A DNA stretch of 39,443 nucleotides from a virus. Taxonomy: Duplodnaviria > Caudoviricetes. Position numbers and translations under genes: made by a program. The stretch spans positions 1-39,443 of the IMG/VR virus record IMGVR_UViG_3300048851_000120, one strand, 5' to 3'. The notes beneath the pieces are model-generated. The model had not been told where the DNA came from. It did no database searches and saw only the letters and a program-made list of their open reading frames with translations. Of this stretch, positions 16,076-26,097 are shown piece after piece. Numbering within the stretch: the first letter of the stretch is position 1; every line of letters begins with the position of its first letter.

Positions 16076-17970
16076 AGGTCAGGCTGGCACAGACCTCCTT
16101 TTCCCTGGGAGAGTTCAGCCCTCTCCTCGCCGCCCGATCTGACCTGGCGCAGTACCGCAACGGCGCGGCACGGCTCCTGAACCGCCGGCTGCTGTCTCAG
16201 GGTGGCACAGAGACTCGCCCCGGCCTGCGCTACTTCGCCGAGGCGCCTGCCTCCGCCTGCCGCCTGCTGCCCTACATCTTCGCGCAGGATCAGCGATATC
16301 TGCTGGTGCTGCTGCCGGGCGGCTTCCGCGTCTGGCTCCCCAACGGGGTGGAGGGCTTCGGCAGCGACGGCGCACCCTGGACCGCGGACCAGTTGCGGGA
16401 AATTTCCTGGGTCCAATCCGGCGATACGATGCTGCTGTTCCACCCGGCCTGGCCGCCGCAGCGTATCCAGCGGCTTGCCGCCACACAGTTCAACCTGACG
16501 CCCGTTCCGTGGGAGTTCCTGCCCTTCGTCCGCTTCGACAACCCGGCGGCGGACATGACGCCGGACGGGCTTGGGACCGCCTTCACCATGAACAGCAACG
16601 GGCCGGTGTTCAGCGCCGACATGGTGGGGCTGCAGATGCTGTGGAAGGGCAAGCGGTGGACCATCACCGGTGTTGCCGGCCCCACGCAGGCGGGCGGGCG
16701 GTGGGATGATGTCACCGAGGGACTGAACACCGAGGCAACGATTGACTGGCAAGAGCAGGCATGGAGCGCGCGCCGAGGCTGGCCCATTTGCGCAACGTTC
16801 TTCGACGGGAGGTTGGCCGTGGGTGGCTCCCGTTCACTGCCAAACTATGTCTGGCTCAGTCGCTCCGCCGCCTATTTCAATTTCCAGGCGGGAACCGACG
16901 ACGGCGCCGCGCTCCAGGAGGTGGCCGCCGGCGCGCAGTCCGGGCGAATCGTCGCCCTGTATCCACAGACGCGGCTGCTGATCTTCACGGATGGCGGGGC
17001 GTGGGCATTGTTCGGCAGCACCGCCGGCCCCGTCACCCCTAAAACGGTGGTGCTGCGGCCGGCGGCGGGCATCGGCGCCAAGCCCCTGGCCCCCATCGAC
17101 GTGGACAGCGCCACCCTGTTCCTGGACCGCACCGGCCAGACTCTGCGCGAGATCGAGATCGACGAGAGCTTGAACAGGATGACGGCCAACCCGGTCAGCC
17201 TCCTGGCGGAACATCTCATACGCCAGCCGGTGGCCATGGCCGCCTATCAGGGCAGCCCGGGCCGGCCCGAAGTCTATGCGGTGCTGGTGACGGCGGATGG
17301 CGCGTTGACGATCTATCACAGCCTGCGCGCCGAGAAAGTGACCGCCTTCGCGCCATGGGACACGGCCGGCACGTTCGAGGACGTGTGCGCGGTGGGGCCA
17401 GACCTATTCGTGCTGACCTCGCGCCTGGGCGTGCTCCGCATTGAACGGTTCGACCATGAGGGCGCGCCGCTGGATTGCTCCAAGCTGGCCACCAGCGCCA
17501 GCCGGACCAGGATATTCCCAGGCTTCGGGCATGTCGCGAACCGCCCGGTGGGCATCGTCTCGCGCGGCCATGACCTGGGCGACGTGGTGGTTGGCGCGGA
17601 CGGCACCATTGTTCTCCCGGACCACTTCCCCGCCGTCTTCGAGATCGAGGCGGGCTTCCGCTTCCGCCAGATCATCCGCCCCATGCCAGTGGATGTGGAC
17701 CTGCCGGACGGCCCGGCGCGCGGGCTGCAGAAGCGGCTGCTGGAGGTGCTGCTGCAGGTAGACCGCAGCGGGCAAGTGAGGATCGACGGCCGCACGGTGC
17801 TGCTGGACTTCATGGGGGACGATGTGGACACGCCGCCGGAGCCCGTCACGGGCGTGCTGCGGCGGAAGATGCTGGGCATCAGCCAGGACGCGCAGTTCGA
17901 CGTGGAAGTTGTGGGCGCGGAGAAGGTCACGATCCTGGGCCTGACGCGCCGCGTGAGCATCGGGGCCTGA
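16069..17970 (+). CDS. Tail tubular protein B (T7 gp12-like nozzle)
   Basis: QTSFSLGEFSPLL..RSDL..Y.NG; QSGD; GWP..ATFFDGRL; VWLSRS..YFNF. Confidence 0.88.
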   Translation: MVKVRLAQTSFSLGEFSPLLAARSDLAQYRNGAARLLNRRLLSQGGTETRPGLRYFAEAPASACRLLPYIFAQDQRYLLVLLPGGFRVWLPNGVEGFGSDGAPWTADQLREISWVQSGDTMLLFHPAWPPQRIQRLAATQFNLTPVPWEFLPFVRFDNPAADMTPDGLGTAFTMNSNGPVFSADMVGLQMLWKGKRWTITGVAGPTQAGGRWDDVTEGLNTEATIDWQEQAWSARRGWPICATFFDGRLAVGGSRSLPNYVWLSRSAAYFNFQAGTDDGAALQEVAAGAQSGRIVALYPQTRLLIFTDGGAWALFGSTAGPVTPKTVVLRPAAGIGAKPLAPIDVDSATLFLDRTGQTLREIEIDESLNRMTANPVSLLAEHLIRQPVAMAAYQGSPGRPEVYAVLVTADGALTIYHSLRAEKVTAFAPWDTAGTFEDVCAVGPDLFVLTSRLGVLRIERFDHEGAPLDCSKLATSASRTRIFPGFGHVANRPVGIVSRGHDLGDVVVGADGTIVLPDHFPAVFEIEAGFRFRQIIRPMPVDVDLPDGPARGLQKRLLEVLLQVDRSGQVRIDGRTVLLDFMGDDVDTPPEPVTGVLRRKMLGISQDAQFDVEVVGAEKVTILGLTRRVSIGA

Positions 17971-17973
17971 ACC

Positions 17974-18456
17974 GTGGAAACCACCCTAGCCATCGGCGCT
18001 TTGGTCGCCACTGCCGCCAGCACCTATGTGGCGGTCGAAAGCTCCAACCAGCAGGGCAAGGCCGCGCGCAACGCCGCCCAGCTGGAGATGCAGCAATACG
18101 AGGAGGAGCGGAAGGCGCAGCTTCTCGCCGCCGAGCAGGAGCAGGCCGCCATCTGGCGCCAGAGCCAGCAAGCCCGCTCCGCGCTGGTGGCGCGACTGGC
18201 TTCCGCTGGTCGCGACCCCTACGCCGGCACAGGCCGGATGCTGCTGGATGAATCCTTTGAAGAGGCAGCGGCCGACCTGGAGACCTCCCGGGCGAACTCC
18301 GGACGGGGCGCCGCGCGCCTGAGCTTGGCCAGCCAGCAGAGCGCGCTGACCGGCAACAGCCGGATCAGCAGCGCCAGCAGCAGCGCCTGGGGTTCCGCGG
18401 TCAGCGGTGTCGGCTCCATCGCCCGTACGGGCTACGGCTACATGAGCAGGTCATAA
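17974..18456 (+). CDS. Internal virion (ejection) protein, gp14-like
   Basis: Ala/Gln/Ser-rich helical protein with a hydrophobic N-terminus, directly after the nozzle gene. Confidence 0.7.
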   Translation: METTLAIGALVATAASTYVAVESSNQQGKAARNAAQLEMQQYEEERKAQLLAAEQEQAAIWRQSQQARSALVARLASAGRDPYAGTGRMLLDESFEEAAADLETSRANSGRGAARLSLASQQSALTGNSRISSASSSAWGSAVSGVGSIARTGYGYMSRS

Positions 18457-18459
18457 CCT

Positions 18460-21096
18460 ATGAGCGGATCATCCTCGGGATACCAGCGCCGCCTTCAGAC
18501 CCAGGGTGGCGGCGGGATTGTCCGCGGCGCCCCGGCTGCGGAGAACAGCGGCCTCGCCCGCGCCATGGCCGGCCTGGGTGAGACGCTGGGTGCCATCGGC
18601 GCCGACATGGGCCAGCGCCAGGCTGTGCGCGAGCGGGAGCGCGCCATCTTCCAGGCCGACGAGGAAGCGCGGGTGGCCGTGATCCGCGACGCGGAAGGCA
18701 ACTACGTGGTGGAGCAGCGCGACCCCCTGACGCGGGAAGGGCGCGTGTGGAATCAGTCCATCGCAAAGCGGGTGGTGGACGACATGAATAACCGCGCCGT
18801 CACCGACGCTGTGACGCTGCGCGGGCAGGCCAGTGGCGACCCCGCCCGGTTCCAGGCGCTCTGGCAGGGCCGGACGGAGGGCGTGGTTAAGAACCTGCCG
18901 CAATGGCTCCAGCCTGAAGCCACCGCCGTGCTCGACCGGCTGGGCGCCGAGCACATGCGCGGCGCGGCATCGGAGGCCATCGGCACGGAGCGCCGCCTCC
19001 AGGCCGCATCGTGGGGCATGAGGCGGGAGCAACTGGAGAAGGACGGCCTTGGACTGGCCGCCGCCGGTGTGACCGCTGGCCCGGAATGGGAAGCCTGGCA
19101 GCGCAACTACGACGCGCACCTATCGGACGGCATCCGCACCCATCAGCTAGACGGGGACGCCGCGCGGGTGCTGCGCGAGGCAGTGGGCGAGCAGACCACC
19201 GGCGCCGCCTTCGTCCGGGCCACGCAGGAGCGCGTGAGGGCAGGCGGCACGCGAGAGGAGGTGCTCCGCGACTTCGACGCCAAGGCGGACGAGATGAAGC
19301 TCCCGCCGGCGCAGCGCGAGCGGCTGCGCAACCAGGTGGAAGGCACCCTGGCCGAGCAGCAGGCCATCAAGAACGAGGGCCGCACCGAGCTTCACGCCAC
19401 GGCGGAGGACTGGCAGACCCGCATCGCGGGCGGCGTGCCGGTGTCCCCCGACGAGGGCCTGCGATTGGCGAATGAGGCGGACCGCCTGGGGCTGCCCCGC
19501 CTGGCGCAGCAGATCAGGGACACCAACGCCATCCGGCAAGACGCGCAGGTCTATGCGTCCCTGCCCACCGCGGAACTGGCGCGGAAGGCGCAGGAGAACG
19601 CAGCGCGGGTGCTGCGGGCCGACGCCAGCGCGCGCGACGTGAAGCTGTCCGACCTCACCGGCCAGATGCTCCAGCGGCGCCGGGCTGCCATGGACGCCGA
19701 CCCCCTGGCCGCCGGCGCGGGCGTGTACCGCCAGACGGTTGGCCCGCTGGCGGCGCTGGACTTCGGCAACCTGGAGACCATGCCCACCGCCCTGAAGGCA
19801 CGCGAGCAGCAGGCGCGCATGATCAGCGCGCGAGAGGGGCGCCCGGTGCCGGTGCTGACCGCGCCGGAGACCGAGGGCCTGAAGACCCTGCTGGCCGATG
19901 GCACGGCCGACCAGCAGCAGGCATTGCTGTCCAGCCTGCGCGGCCTCTCCCCCAGCACCATGGCGGCGACGCTCGACACGCTGGTCAAGGGCGACCGCAC
20001 TGACCCGCGCGTGCAGGCCTTCACCGTGGCGGCGGCGCGCTCCGGCGCAGACCCCCGCCAGTCCGCCGAAATCCTGCGCGGCATGGAGGTGATGCGCCAG
20101 GTGAAGCCGGCGGCGGTGGATGGCCAGGACTGGCGCCGGGTGCTGGCGGAGGAGATGGGGCCCGTGCTGGCGGGCCGCCCCGACACCCTGGCCCAGGTGG
20201 GCGAGGCCGCCCGCGCCATCTACGCCCAGCGATTCGCCACCGGCGACAAGCCCGGCGACCTGGCGGCGAAGCTCGACACCGAGAAGTTCCGCGCGATCCT
20301 TGGCGAGATCGTGCCCACCGTGACGCTGGGCGGCGGCTGGTTCAGCAGCGGCCAGCGCATCCCCACGCCGCGCCCTGGCATGACGCAGAGCCAGTTCGAT
20401 GAAGAGATGGCGCGGATGCCGGCCGAGGCGCTGGCCGGCGCCCGGGCTGCGGACGGCCGGACCTTCACGCCCCAGATGCTCCGCAGCGGCGGCCGGCTCA
20501 TGCCCGTGGGCGAAGGGGTCTACGAGCTGCGGTATAATGGCCATGAGGTGCTGGGGCCGGATGGCCGCAACTTCCGCCTCGACATGCGGCAGCCATTCCC
20601 GGTGCAGACCGGCGCGGCCGATGGGTTCCGGCGCAGCCTGGCGCGCAGCGAGGGCGGGGGCCGTGACCTGGCCGCGCAGAACGCGGAAGGCTTCGTGGGT
20701 CGATATCAGTTCGGCACCGCGCGGCTGGCGGAACTGGGGCTTTACGAGCCCGCGTCGGGCGAGAGCCTGAAGGGCAACGAGTGGAAAGGCCGGATCACGG
20801 TCCCCGGCATGGGCTCCATGACACTGGCGGAATACAAGAAGAGCGAGGCAGCGCAGGAGCGGGTGGCAGACATCCACTTCGCCCAGATTGACAAGATCAT
20901 GGACGAGGAAGGGCTTGTCGGCCGCGCCCTCGCCAGCGGCAACGCGACGACGCGCGGCGGCCTGCGGGCCGTGGCGCATCTCGGCGGCGTGGAAGGAATG
21001 CGGCGCTTCGTGAATACCGGCGGCGCCTACAATCCGGCCGACAGCAACGGAACCACGCTCGCCGCCTATCACCGCAAGTTCCAGGATGCTGTGTGA
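18460..21096 (+). CDS. Internal virion protein with C-terminal lysozyme-like domain
   Basis: 878 aa, helical; C-terminal LARSEGGG...NAEGFVGRYQFG...AVAHLGG is muramidase/transglycosylase-like. Confidence 0.78.
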   Translation: MSGSSSGYQRRLQTQGGGGIVRGAPAAENSGLARAMAGLGETLGAIGADMGQRQAVRERERAIFQADEEARVAVIRDAEGNYVVEQRDPLTREGRVWNQSIAKRVVDDMNNRAVTDAVTLRGQASGDPARFQALWQGRTEGVVKNLPQWLQPEATAVLDRLGAEHMRGAASEAIGTERRLQAASWGMRREQLEKDGLGLAAAGVTAGPEWEAWQRNYDAHLSDGIRTHQLDGDAARVLREAVGEQTTGAAFVRATQERVRAGGTREEVLRDFDAKADEMKLPPAQRERLRNQVEGTLAEQQAIKNEGRTELHATAEDWQTRIAGGVPVSPDEGLRLANEADRLGLPRLAQQIRDTNAIRQDAQVYASLPTAELARKAQENAARVLRADASARDVKLSDLTGQMLQRRRAAMDADPLAAGAGVYRQTVGPLAALDFGNLETMPTALKAREQQARMISAREGRPVPVLTAPETEGLKTLLADGTADQQQALLSSLRGLSPSTMAATLDTLVKGDRTDPRVQAFTVAAARSGADPRQSAEILRGMEVMRQVKPAAVDGQDWRRVLAEEMGPVLAGRPDTLAQVGEAARAIYAQRFATGDKPGDLAAKLDTEKFRAILGEIVPTVTLGGGWFSSGQRIPTPRPGMTQSQFDEEMARMPAEALAGARAADGRTFTPQMLRSGGRLMPVGEGVYELRYNGHEVLGPDGRNFRLDMRQPFPVQTGAADGFRRSLARSEGGGRDLAAQNAEGFVGRYQFGTARLAELGLYEPASGESLKGNEWKGRITVPGMGSMTLAEYKKSEAAQERVADIHFAQIDKIMDEEGLVGRALASGNATTRGGLRAVAHLGGVEGMRRFVNTGGAYNPADSNGTTLAAYHRKFQDAV

Positions 21097-23477
21097 TGCT
21101 GCTGGACATCGGCGCCGAGCGCGTCTCCTCCACCCCGCTGAGCCCGCTCCCCACCGTCCCCGCCACGAACATGGAGCGGCTGGCGGCCGAGTGGGACAAC
21201 CAGCGGCTCACCTATGGCACCGGCAGCGGCGCGCGGTCCCTGCATGAGGCCTACGAGCGGGCGCGGGAGACCCTGCGCAGCGCCGGCTTCGATGCCCCCA
21301 ACCCGGTGGACTATGACGCCACGGCCCTGGGCGGCATCTTCCGCGCCACGGGTGGCCGCGACCAGATCGCGCAGCAGTACGCCGCCATCGTGGAGCAGGC
21401 GCGGAAGCAGCACCCCGACCGCGCCGCCGAGTTCCTGTTGCCCGAGGATGTGCAGCGGGAGGCGGACAAGACGGCGGTCGGCGCGCGGCGCCGGGCCGAG
21501 ATGTTGGAACAGGTGGGCGGTGGCGGGGCTGGTGCCCTGGCGGCGCAGATCGGCGCGGCCGTCATCGACCCGGTGAACGTCCTGACCATGCCGCTGGGTG
21601 CCGGGCGGATCGGCGGCGGCATCGCCCGGCAAATCCTGCTGGGGGCGCTGGCCGAGGGCGCCGTGGGCGCGGGCGCGCAGATCGCCGCCGACCTCAACCC
21701 CTTCGGCGCCGGCGGTGCCTGGGAGCGGCAGCGCCTCGGCCTGCCCATGGATGTGGGCGCCAATGCGCTGGAGGCCTTCGCCGGCGGCGCGGTGCTGGGC
21801 GGCGGCCTGCGCGGGCTGGTGGAGGGCTTCCGCTGGTATCGCGGCCGGGTGCCGGCGCCTGACGGTGGCGTGGCTCTGCGGGAAAGCGACGCCCTGCAAG
21901 TCCTGGAGCGCGACGCACAGGACCTCGCCAGCAACCCCGCCGGCCCGGCCATGGCGGAGCAGCACATTGACCTGCTGAGCCGCGCCACCGATGCCGCAGC
22001 GGCCGGGCGCCTGGCGCCTGACGATGTGCGCGCACCCCTGCCCCGGGCCGAGTTGTCCGGAGATTCCGGACAGGTGCGCATCCACACCCCTGCCGGCCGC
22101 AGCATCGCCGCCGAGCCGCAGGTGGTGGAGCTGCGTGACCTGATCCCCAGCCACACCGACGACCTGGCGCCGAACCCCGCCTATCCCCATGCCGAGGGCG
22201 TGCAGCCGCGCGACCGGTCCCGCGACGCCAGCATTGCCCAGATCAGGGACATCGCTGCGAACCTGGAACCCGACCGGCTGCGGACGAGCCCGGAGGCCGG
22301 CAACGGCGCACCGATCATCGACGCCGAGAATGTGGTGGAGAGCGGCAACGGCCGGGTGCTGGCGCTGCGGCAGGCCTATAACGACCCGTCCCTTGCGCCG
22401 CGCGCCGCCGCCTATCGGCAGATGCTGGAGGCCCGGGGCCATGACGTGTCCGGCTTCCAGCAGCCCGTGCTGGTCTCCCGCCGCGTCACCGCCCTGGCAC
22501 CGGAGGAGCGCCGGGCCTTCGTGCGCGAGGCGAACAGCGGCACGGCCCTGACCCTCGGCGCCGCCGAGCGCGCCCGTCTCGACGCCGACATTGCCGGCCG
22601 GGCGCTCGACCTGTACCGGGGCGGCGACATCACCCTGGGCGACAATGCCGCATTCGTCCGCGCCTTCATGCAGGGCGTGCCGGCGGCGGAGCGCGGCGCG
22701 ATGATGGGGCCGGACGGCGCGCTATCTGGTGAGGGCGCCCGCCGCATCCGTGGCGCCGTGCTCGCCCGGGCCTATGGCGACGAGATGGGCCCGCTGCTGG
22801 AGCGCGTTCTGGAGGGCGAGGCCGAGGGCCTGCGCGCCATCGCGGGCGCGCTCCAGGATGTCTCCGGCCCGTGGGCAGCCATGCGTGCCGCCGCGGCGCG
22901 CGGGGAACTGGCGCCGGGCATGGATGTCACCGCCGATCTGCTGGCGGCGGTGCGCACCGTCACCCTCTCGCGTGAGAAGCGCATTCCGGTGGCCGACCTC
23001 CTGGCCCAGACCGACCTCGACGCGCCGCCGCTGACAGACCAGGCGCGGGCGCTGCTGGCGAGCATGTACCGCGATCCTGGCTACCGGAACGCCGCCGGCC
23101 GCGCGTCCCTGGCGGAGCGCCTATCTGGCTATGTGGACGAGGCCATGAAGACCAGCCCGGAGCCCGATCTGTTCGGCGCTCCCCCGGCTGCGGCTGGCGA
23201 CGTGCTGGCGGCCACCGACCCGATGCGCGGCCGGCAGTCGGCGACGGCGGAGACCGGCCGGCGCACGGCAGAGGTGCAGGCCGCGCCGAAGGTGGAGGAT
23301 GCCGAGTTCCTGGAAGCGCAGCGCATCGCCGCCGCGCGCGACCTCGCCATTCCGGTGGACGATGCCGGCACCACGCGCGGCCTGCGCGAGCTGCTGGACG
23401 AGGCGGAGACGGCCATGGAGGACGCGGCGGGCGCGGCCGCATGTCTGATCGGCGCCGCCGCCGGCCCCCTCATTTGA
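21096..23477 (+). CDS. Internal virion protein with a DdrB-like ParB domain
   Basis: VVELRDLIPSH...QPRDR...GAPII...VVESGNGRVLAL matches the ddrB-ParB domain of polyvalent proteins; Gly/Ala hydrophobic segment in the N-terminal half. Confidence 0.72.
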   Translation: MLLDIGAERVSSTPLSPLPTVPATNMERLAAEWDNQRLTYGTGSGARSLHEAYERARETLRSAGFDAPNPVDYDATALGGIFRATGGRDQIAQQYAAIVEQARKQHPDRAAEFLLPEDVQREADKTAVGARRRAEMLEQVGGGGAGALAAQIGAAVIDPVNVLTMPLGAGRIGGGIARQILLGALAEGAVGAGAQIAADLNPFGAGGAWERQRLGLPMDVGANALEAFAGGAVLGGGLRGLVEGFRWYRGRVPAPDGGVALRESDALQVLERDAQDLASNPAGPAMAEQHIDLLSRATDAAAAGRLAPDDVRAPLPRAELSGDSGQVRIHTPAGRSIAAEPQVVELRDLIPSHTDDLAPNPAYPHAEGVQPRDRSRDASIAQIRDIAANLEPDRLRTSPEAGNGAPIIDAENVVESGNGRVLALRQAYNDPSLAPRAAAYRQMLEARGHDVSGFQQPVLVSRRVTALAPEERRAFVREANSGTALTLGAAERARLDADIAGRALDLYRGGDITLGDNAAFVRAFMQGVPAAERGAMMGPDGALSGEGARRIRGAVLARAYGDEMGPLLERVLEGEAEGLRAIAGALQDVSGPWAAMRAAAARGELAPGMDVTADLLAAVRTVTLSREKRIPVADLLAQTDLDAPPLTDQARALLASMYRDPGYRNAAGRASLAERLSGYVDEAMKTSPEPDLFGAPPAAAGDVLAATDPMRGRQSATAETGRRTAEVQAAPKVEDAEFLEAQRIAAARDLAIPVDDAGTTRGLRELLDEAETAMEDAAGAAACLIGAAAGPLI

Positions 23478-23493
23478 ACCGGGAATTCTTAAC

Positions 23494-25953
23494 ATGGCCC
23501 TGATCCCCGAACGCCGCACCGGCCCCGGCTCCATGGGCGTGGAGAAGTGCCTGAACGATGGCGTGGAGCAGGGCCGCGTGTCCCGCGCGGGCGCCGAGAA
23601 GGCCCTGGCCGCCGTGCGCCGGATCATGGAGGAGAACCCCGGCGTGTCCGAGGGCGCGGCCATGTCCCGCGCGGCGGAGGAATTGCGCATCAAGGCCGCG
23701 CAGCAGAAGCGCCAGGTCGCCATGCAGGGCCTAGCGGTCAACCGCATGCTGCAGGATGTGGAGGCGCACCCGGATGGCGTGGCCGCCGGCGCTCGCGGCA
23801 TCTTCGCGCGCGACATCTCCGGCAAGGGCTCGCAGTTCAACGTCGAGGGTCGGGCGCAGGCGGTGCGCGGCATCCTGCACGGCATGATGGCCGATGCCCT
23901 GGACGCCTACCGCAGCAAGAACCTGGGGCTCACCCGCGATACCCTCGGGCTCACCCGCTTTGTGCGCGAGCTATACGGCGAGGCCACCGGCGACGGGGTG
24001 GCCGGCGCTGCGGCGCGCGGCTGGACCCAGGCGACCGATTACGCGGTCGACCGGTTCAACGCCGCGGGCGGCGCCCTCGCCAAGAAGCAGGCGTGGAGGC
24101 TGCCGCAGACCTGGGACCGCGACGCGGTGAAGGCGCGCGGGCCGGATGCCTTCATCGACTACATGGAGAAGGCCACGGCAGACGGGCGGCTGAGGATCTG
24201 GGACTGGGAGGCGGACGCGCCTGTGGACGCCCTGCGCCGCGCGGAAATCATCTCCCAGGCCTATCAGCGGATCACCGACCCCTTCGCGGACATGATCCCC
24301 GGACAGACCGGCAGCACGAAGCTGGCCAATTCGCGGGACCAGCGCCGCGCGTTCGAGTGGACCTCGGCCGACGCCTGGCTGGATTTCAACCGGACCTATG
24401 GCAAGGGCGATGCGGGCATCTGGGATGCCATCACGGGGCATGTCGACGGCATGGCCCATGACATCGCCATGCTGGAGCGGCTGGGGCCAAACCCTGCTGC
24501 GGCCGCGCGCCTGCTGATCGACACGGCGAAGAAGGCAGGGGTTGAGGGCTACGGCCTCCTGCGGCTGGAGGCATCCTGGGACTACATCTCGGGCCGCGCC
24601 ACCTCCCCGGCCGTCGACTGGATTGCGAAGCTGGGTGGTGGCGTGCGGGCGTGGCTGTCCGCTGCGCAGCTGGGTTCCGCCGTCTTCTCCAGCATCACCG
24701 ACTTCAGCACCCTCCGCGCCACGGCCGCATGGAATGGCCTGAGCCGCAATGGCGTCATGGGCGAATACCTGTCCCTCCTGAACCCGGCCAACCATGCGGA
24801 CCGCAAGCTGGCGGTGCGGGCGGGGTTGATCGCGGACGGGTGGGCACAGCGGGCCCGGGCAGCGCAGCGGACCACCATGGAAGAAATCGGCCAGACGCTA
24901 CCGAACCGGATGGCCAGCTTCATCCTGCGTGCCAGCGGCATGGAGGCGCACACGTCCGCCGCCAAGTGGGCCTTCGGCATGGAGTTCCTGGGCCACCTGG
25001 CGGACCAGTCCGCCAAGGAGTTCGGCGCCCTCGATGCGCCCCTGCGCCGGACCATGGAGCGCTACGGCCTCGACGCCGCGTCCTGGGACCTGATCCGCAG
25101 CCGCGGCGTCTACAAAGAGGATGGCATGGAGATCGTCTTCCCGGAGCAGCTGCTGCGCCAGCAGGGCGGGGAAGGCCTGGATCGGGCAGGCCAGGAGGCT
25201 GCCACCCGGCTGCTGGAGATGATCAACACGGAGCGGGGGTTCGCCGTCATCGAGCCCGGCATCGCGGAGAAAGCCATGGTCATGGGGCAGTCTCGCCCCG
25301 GCACCATCGAGGGCGAGTTCTTCCGCTCATCCATGCAGTACAAGGCTTTCCCCATTTCCATGATGTCGCGCCATCTCGTGCGGGGCATGGAGAGCTACCG
25401 GGCGGGGGATCATGGCCGGTACATGGCGGCGCTTCTGGTATCGCTGACTGCCATGGGCGGCCTGGCCGTGCAGCTGAAGGAAGTCGCCAAGGGCAAGGAC
25501 CCACGCGACATGACCGACTGGAAGTTCTGGGGTGCCTCCTTCCTCCAGGGAGGCGGCGCGGGGATCGTCGGTGATTTCCTCGGCGCCAGCCTGAGCCGCG
25601 CGGACCAGTCCTTTTACGCGACGGTCTTTGGCGGCCCCACCGGCGGGCTGCTGGATGACCTGTCGAAGCTGTCTGGTGGCAACCTCAGCGCAACAGCCGA
25701 GGGCAAGGACACCAATTTCGGACGAGAGCTGGCCCGGTTCGCCCGGCGCAACACCCCCGGCACGTCCCTCTGGTACACGCGCCTGGCCCTGGACCGCATG
25801 CTGTGGGATCGGCTCCAGGAACTGACCGACCGCGACGCCGGCCGCTCCTTCCGCCGCATGGAGGACCGGGCGAGGAAGGAAACCAAGCAGGAGTTCTGGT
25901 GGAAGCCGGGGAACGCCCTGCCCTCCCGCGCGCCGGGGCTGGGGGCTCCTTAG
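23494..25953 (+). CDS. Large internal virion protein (gp16-like position)
   Basis: 819 aa; QYKAFP and GGGAGIVGDFL motifs typical of podovirus ejection proteins; last gene of the tail operon. Confidence 0.75.
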   Translation: MALIPERRTGPGSMGVEKCLNDGVEQGRVSRAGAEKALAAVRRIMEENPGVSEGAAMSRAAEELRIKAAQQKRQVAMQGLAVNRMLQDVEAHPDGVAAGARGIFARDISGKGSQFNVEGRAQAVRGILHGMMADALDAYRSKNLGLTRDTLGLTRFVRELYGEATGDGVAGAAARGWTQATDYAVDRFNAAGGALAKKQAWRLPQTWDRDAVKARGPDAFIDYMEKATADGRLRIWDWEADAPVDALRRAEIISQAYQRITDPFADMIPGQTGSTKLANSRDQRRAFEWTSADAWLDFNRTYGKGDAGIWDAITGHVDGMAHDIAMLERLGPNPAAAARLLIDTAKKAGVEGYGLLRLEASWDYISGRATSPAVDWIAKLGGGVRAWLSAAQLGSAVFSSITDFSTLRATAAWNGLSRNGVMGEYLSLLNPANHADRKLAVRAGLIADGWAQRARAAQRTTMEEIGQTLPNRMASFILRASGMEAHTSAAKWAFGMEFLGHLADQSAKEFGALDAPLRRTMERYGLDAASWDLIRSRGVYKEDGMEIVFPEQLLRQQGGEGLDRAGQEAATRLLEMINTERGFAVIEPGIAEKAMVMGQSRPGTIEGEFFRSSMQYKAFPISMMSRHLVRGMESYRAGDHGRYMAALLVSLTAMGGLAVQLKEVAKGKDPRDMTDWKFWGASFLQGGGAGIVGDFLGASLSRADQSFYATVFGGPTGGLLDDLSKLSGGNLSATAEGKDTNFGRELARFARRNTPGTSLWYTRLALDRMLWDRLQELTDRDAGRSFRRMEDRARKETKQEFWWKPGNALPSRAPGLGAP

Positions 25954-25968
25954 CCAGAACCTCGGCAG

Positions 25969-26063
25969 TGTCGCGGTTTCTTACGCCCGCCCTGCCCGCG
26001 CCCACTGATCCACGCGCGGCGCCTTGATTCTAAACTCGTTTCGTCGGTGGTCCGGGTTTTGCT
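25969..26063 (+). promoter_or_regulatory. Sigma54 promoter with putative enhancer and IHF site
   Basis: TGGTCCGGGTTTTGCT (26048-26063; GG-N10-GC); TGT-N11-ACG at 25969-25985; AT-rich TTGATTCTAAA between them. Confidence 0.68.
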
Positions 26064-26097
26064 GGTGAGGCTGTCTCACCCGCAGGAGGACACACCG

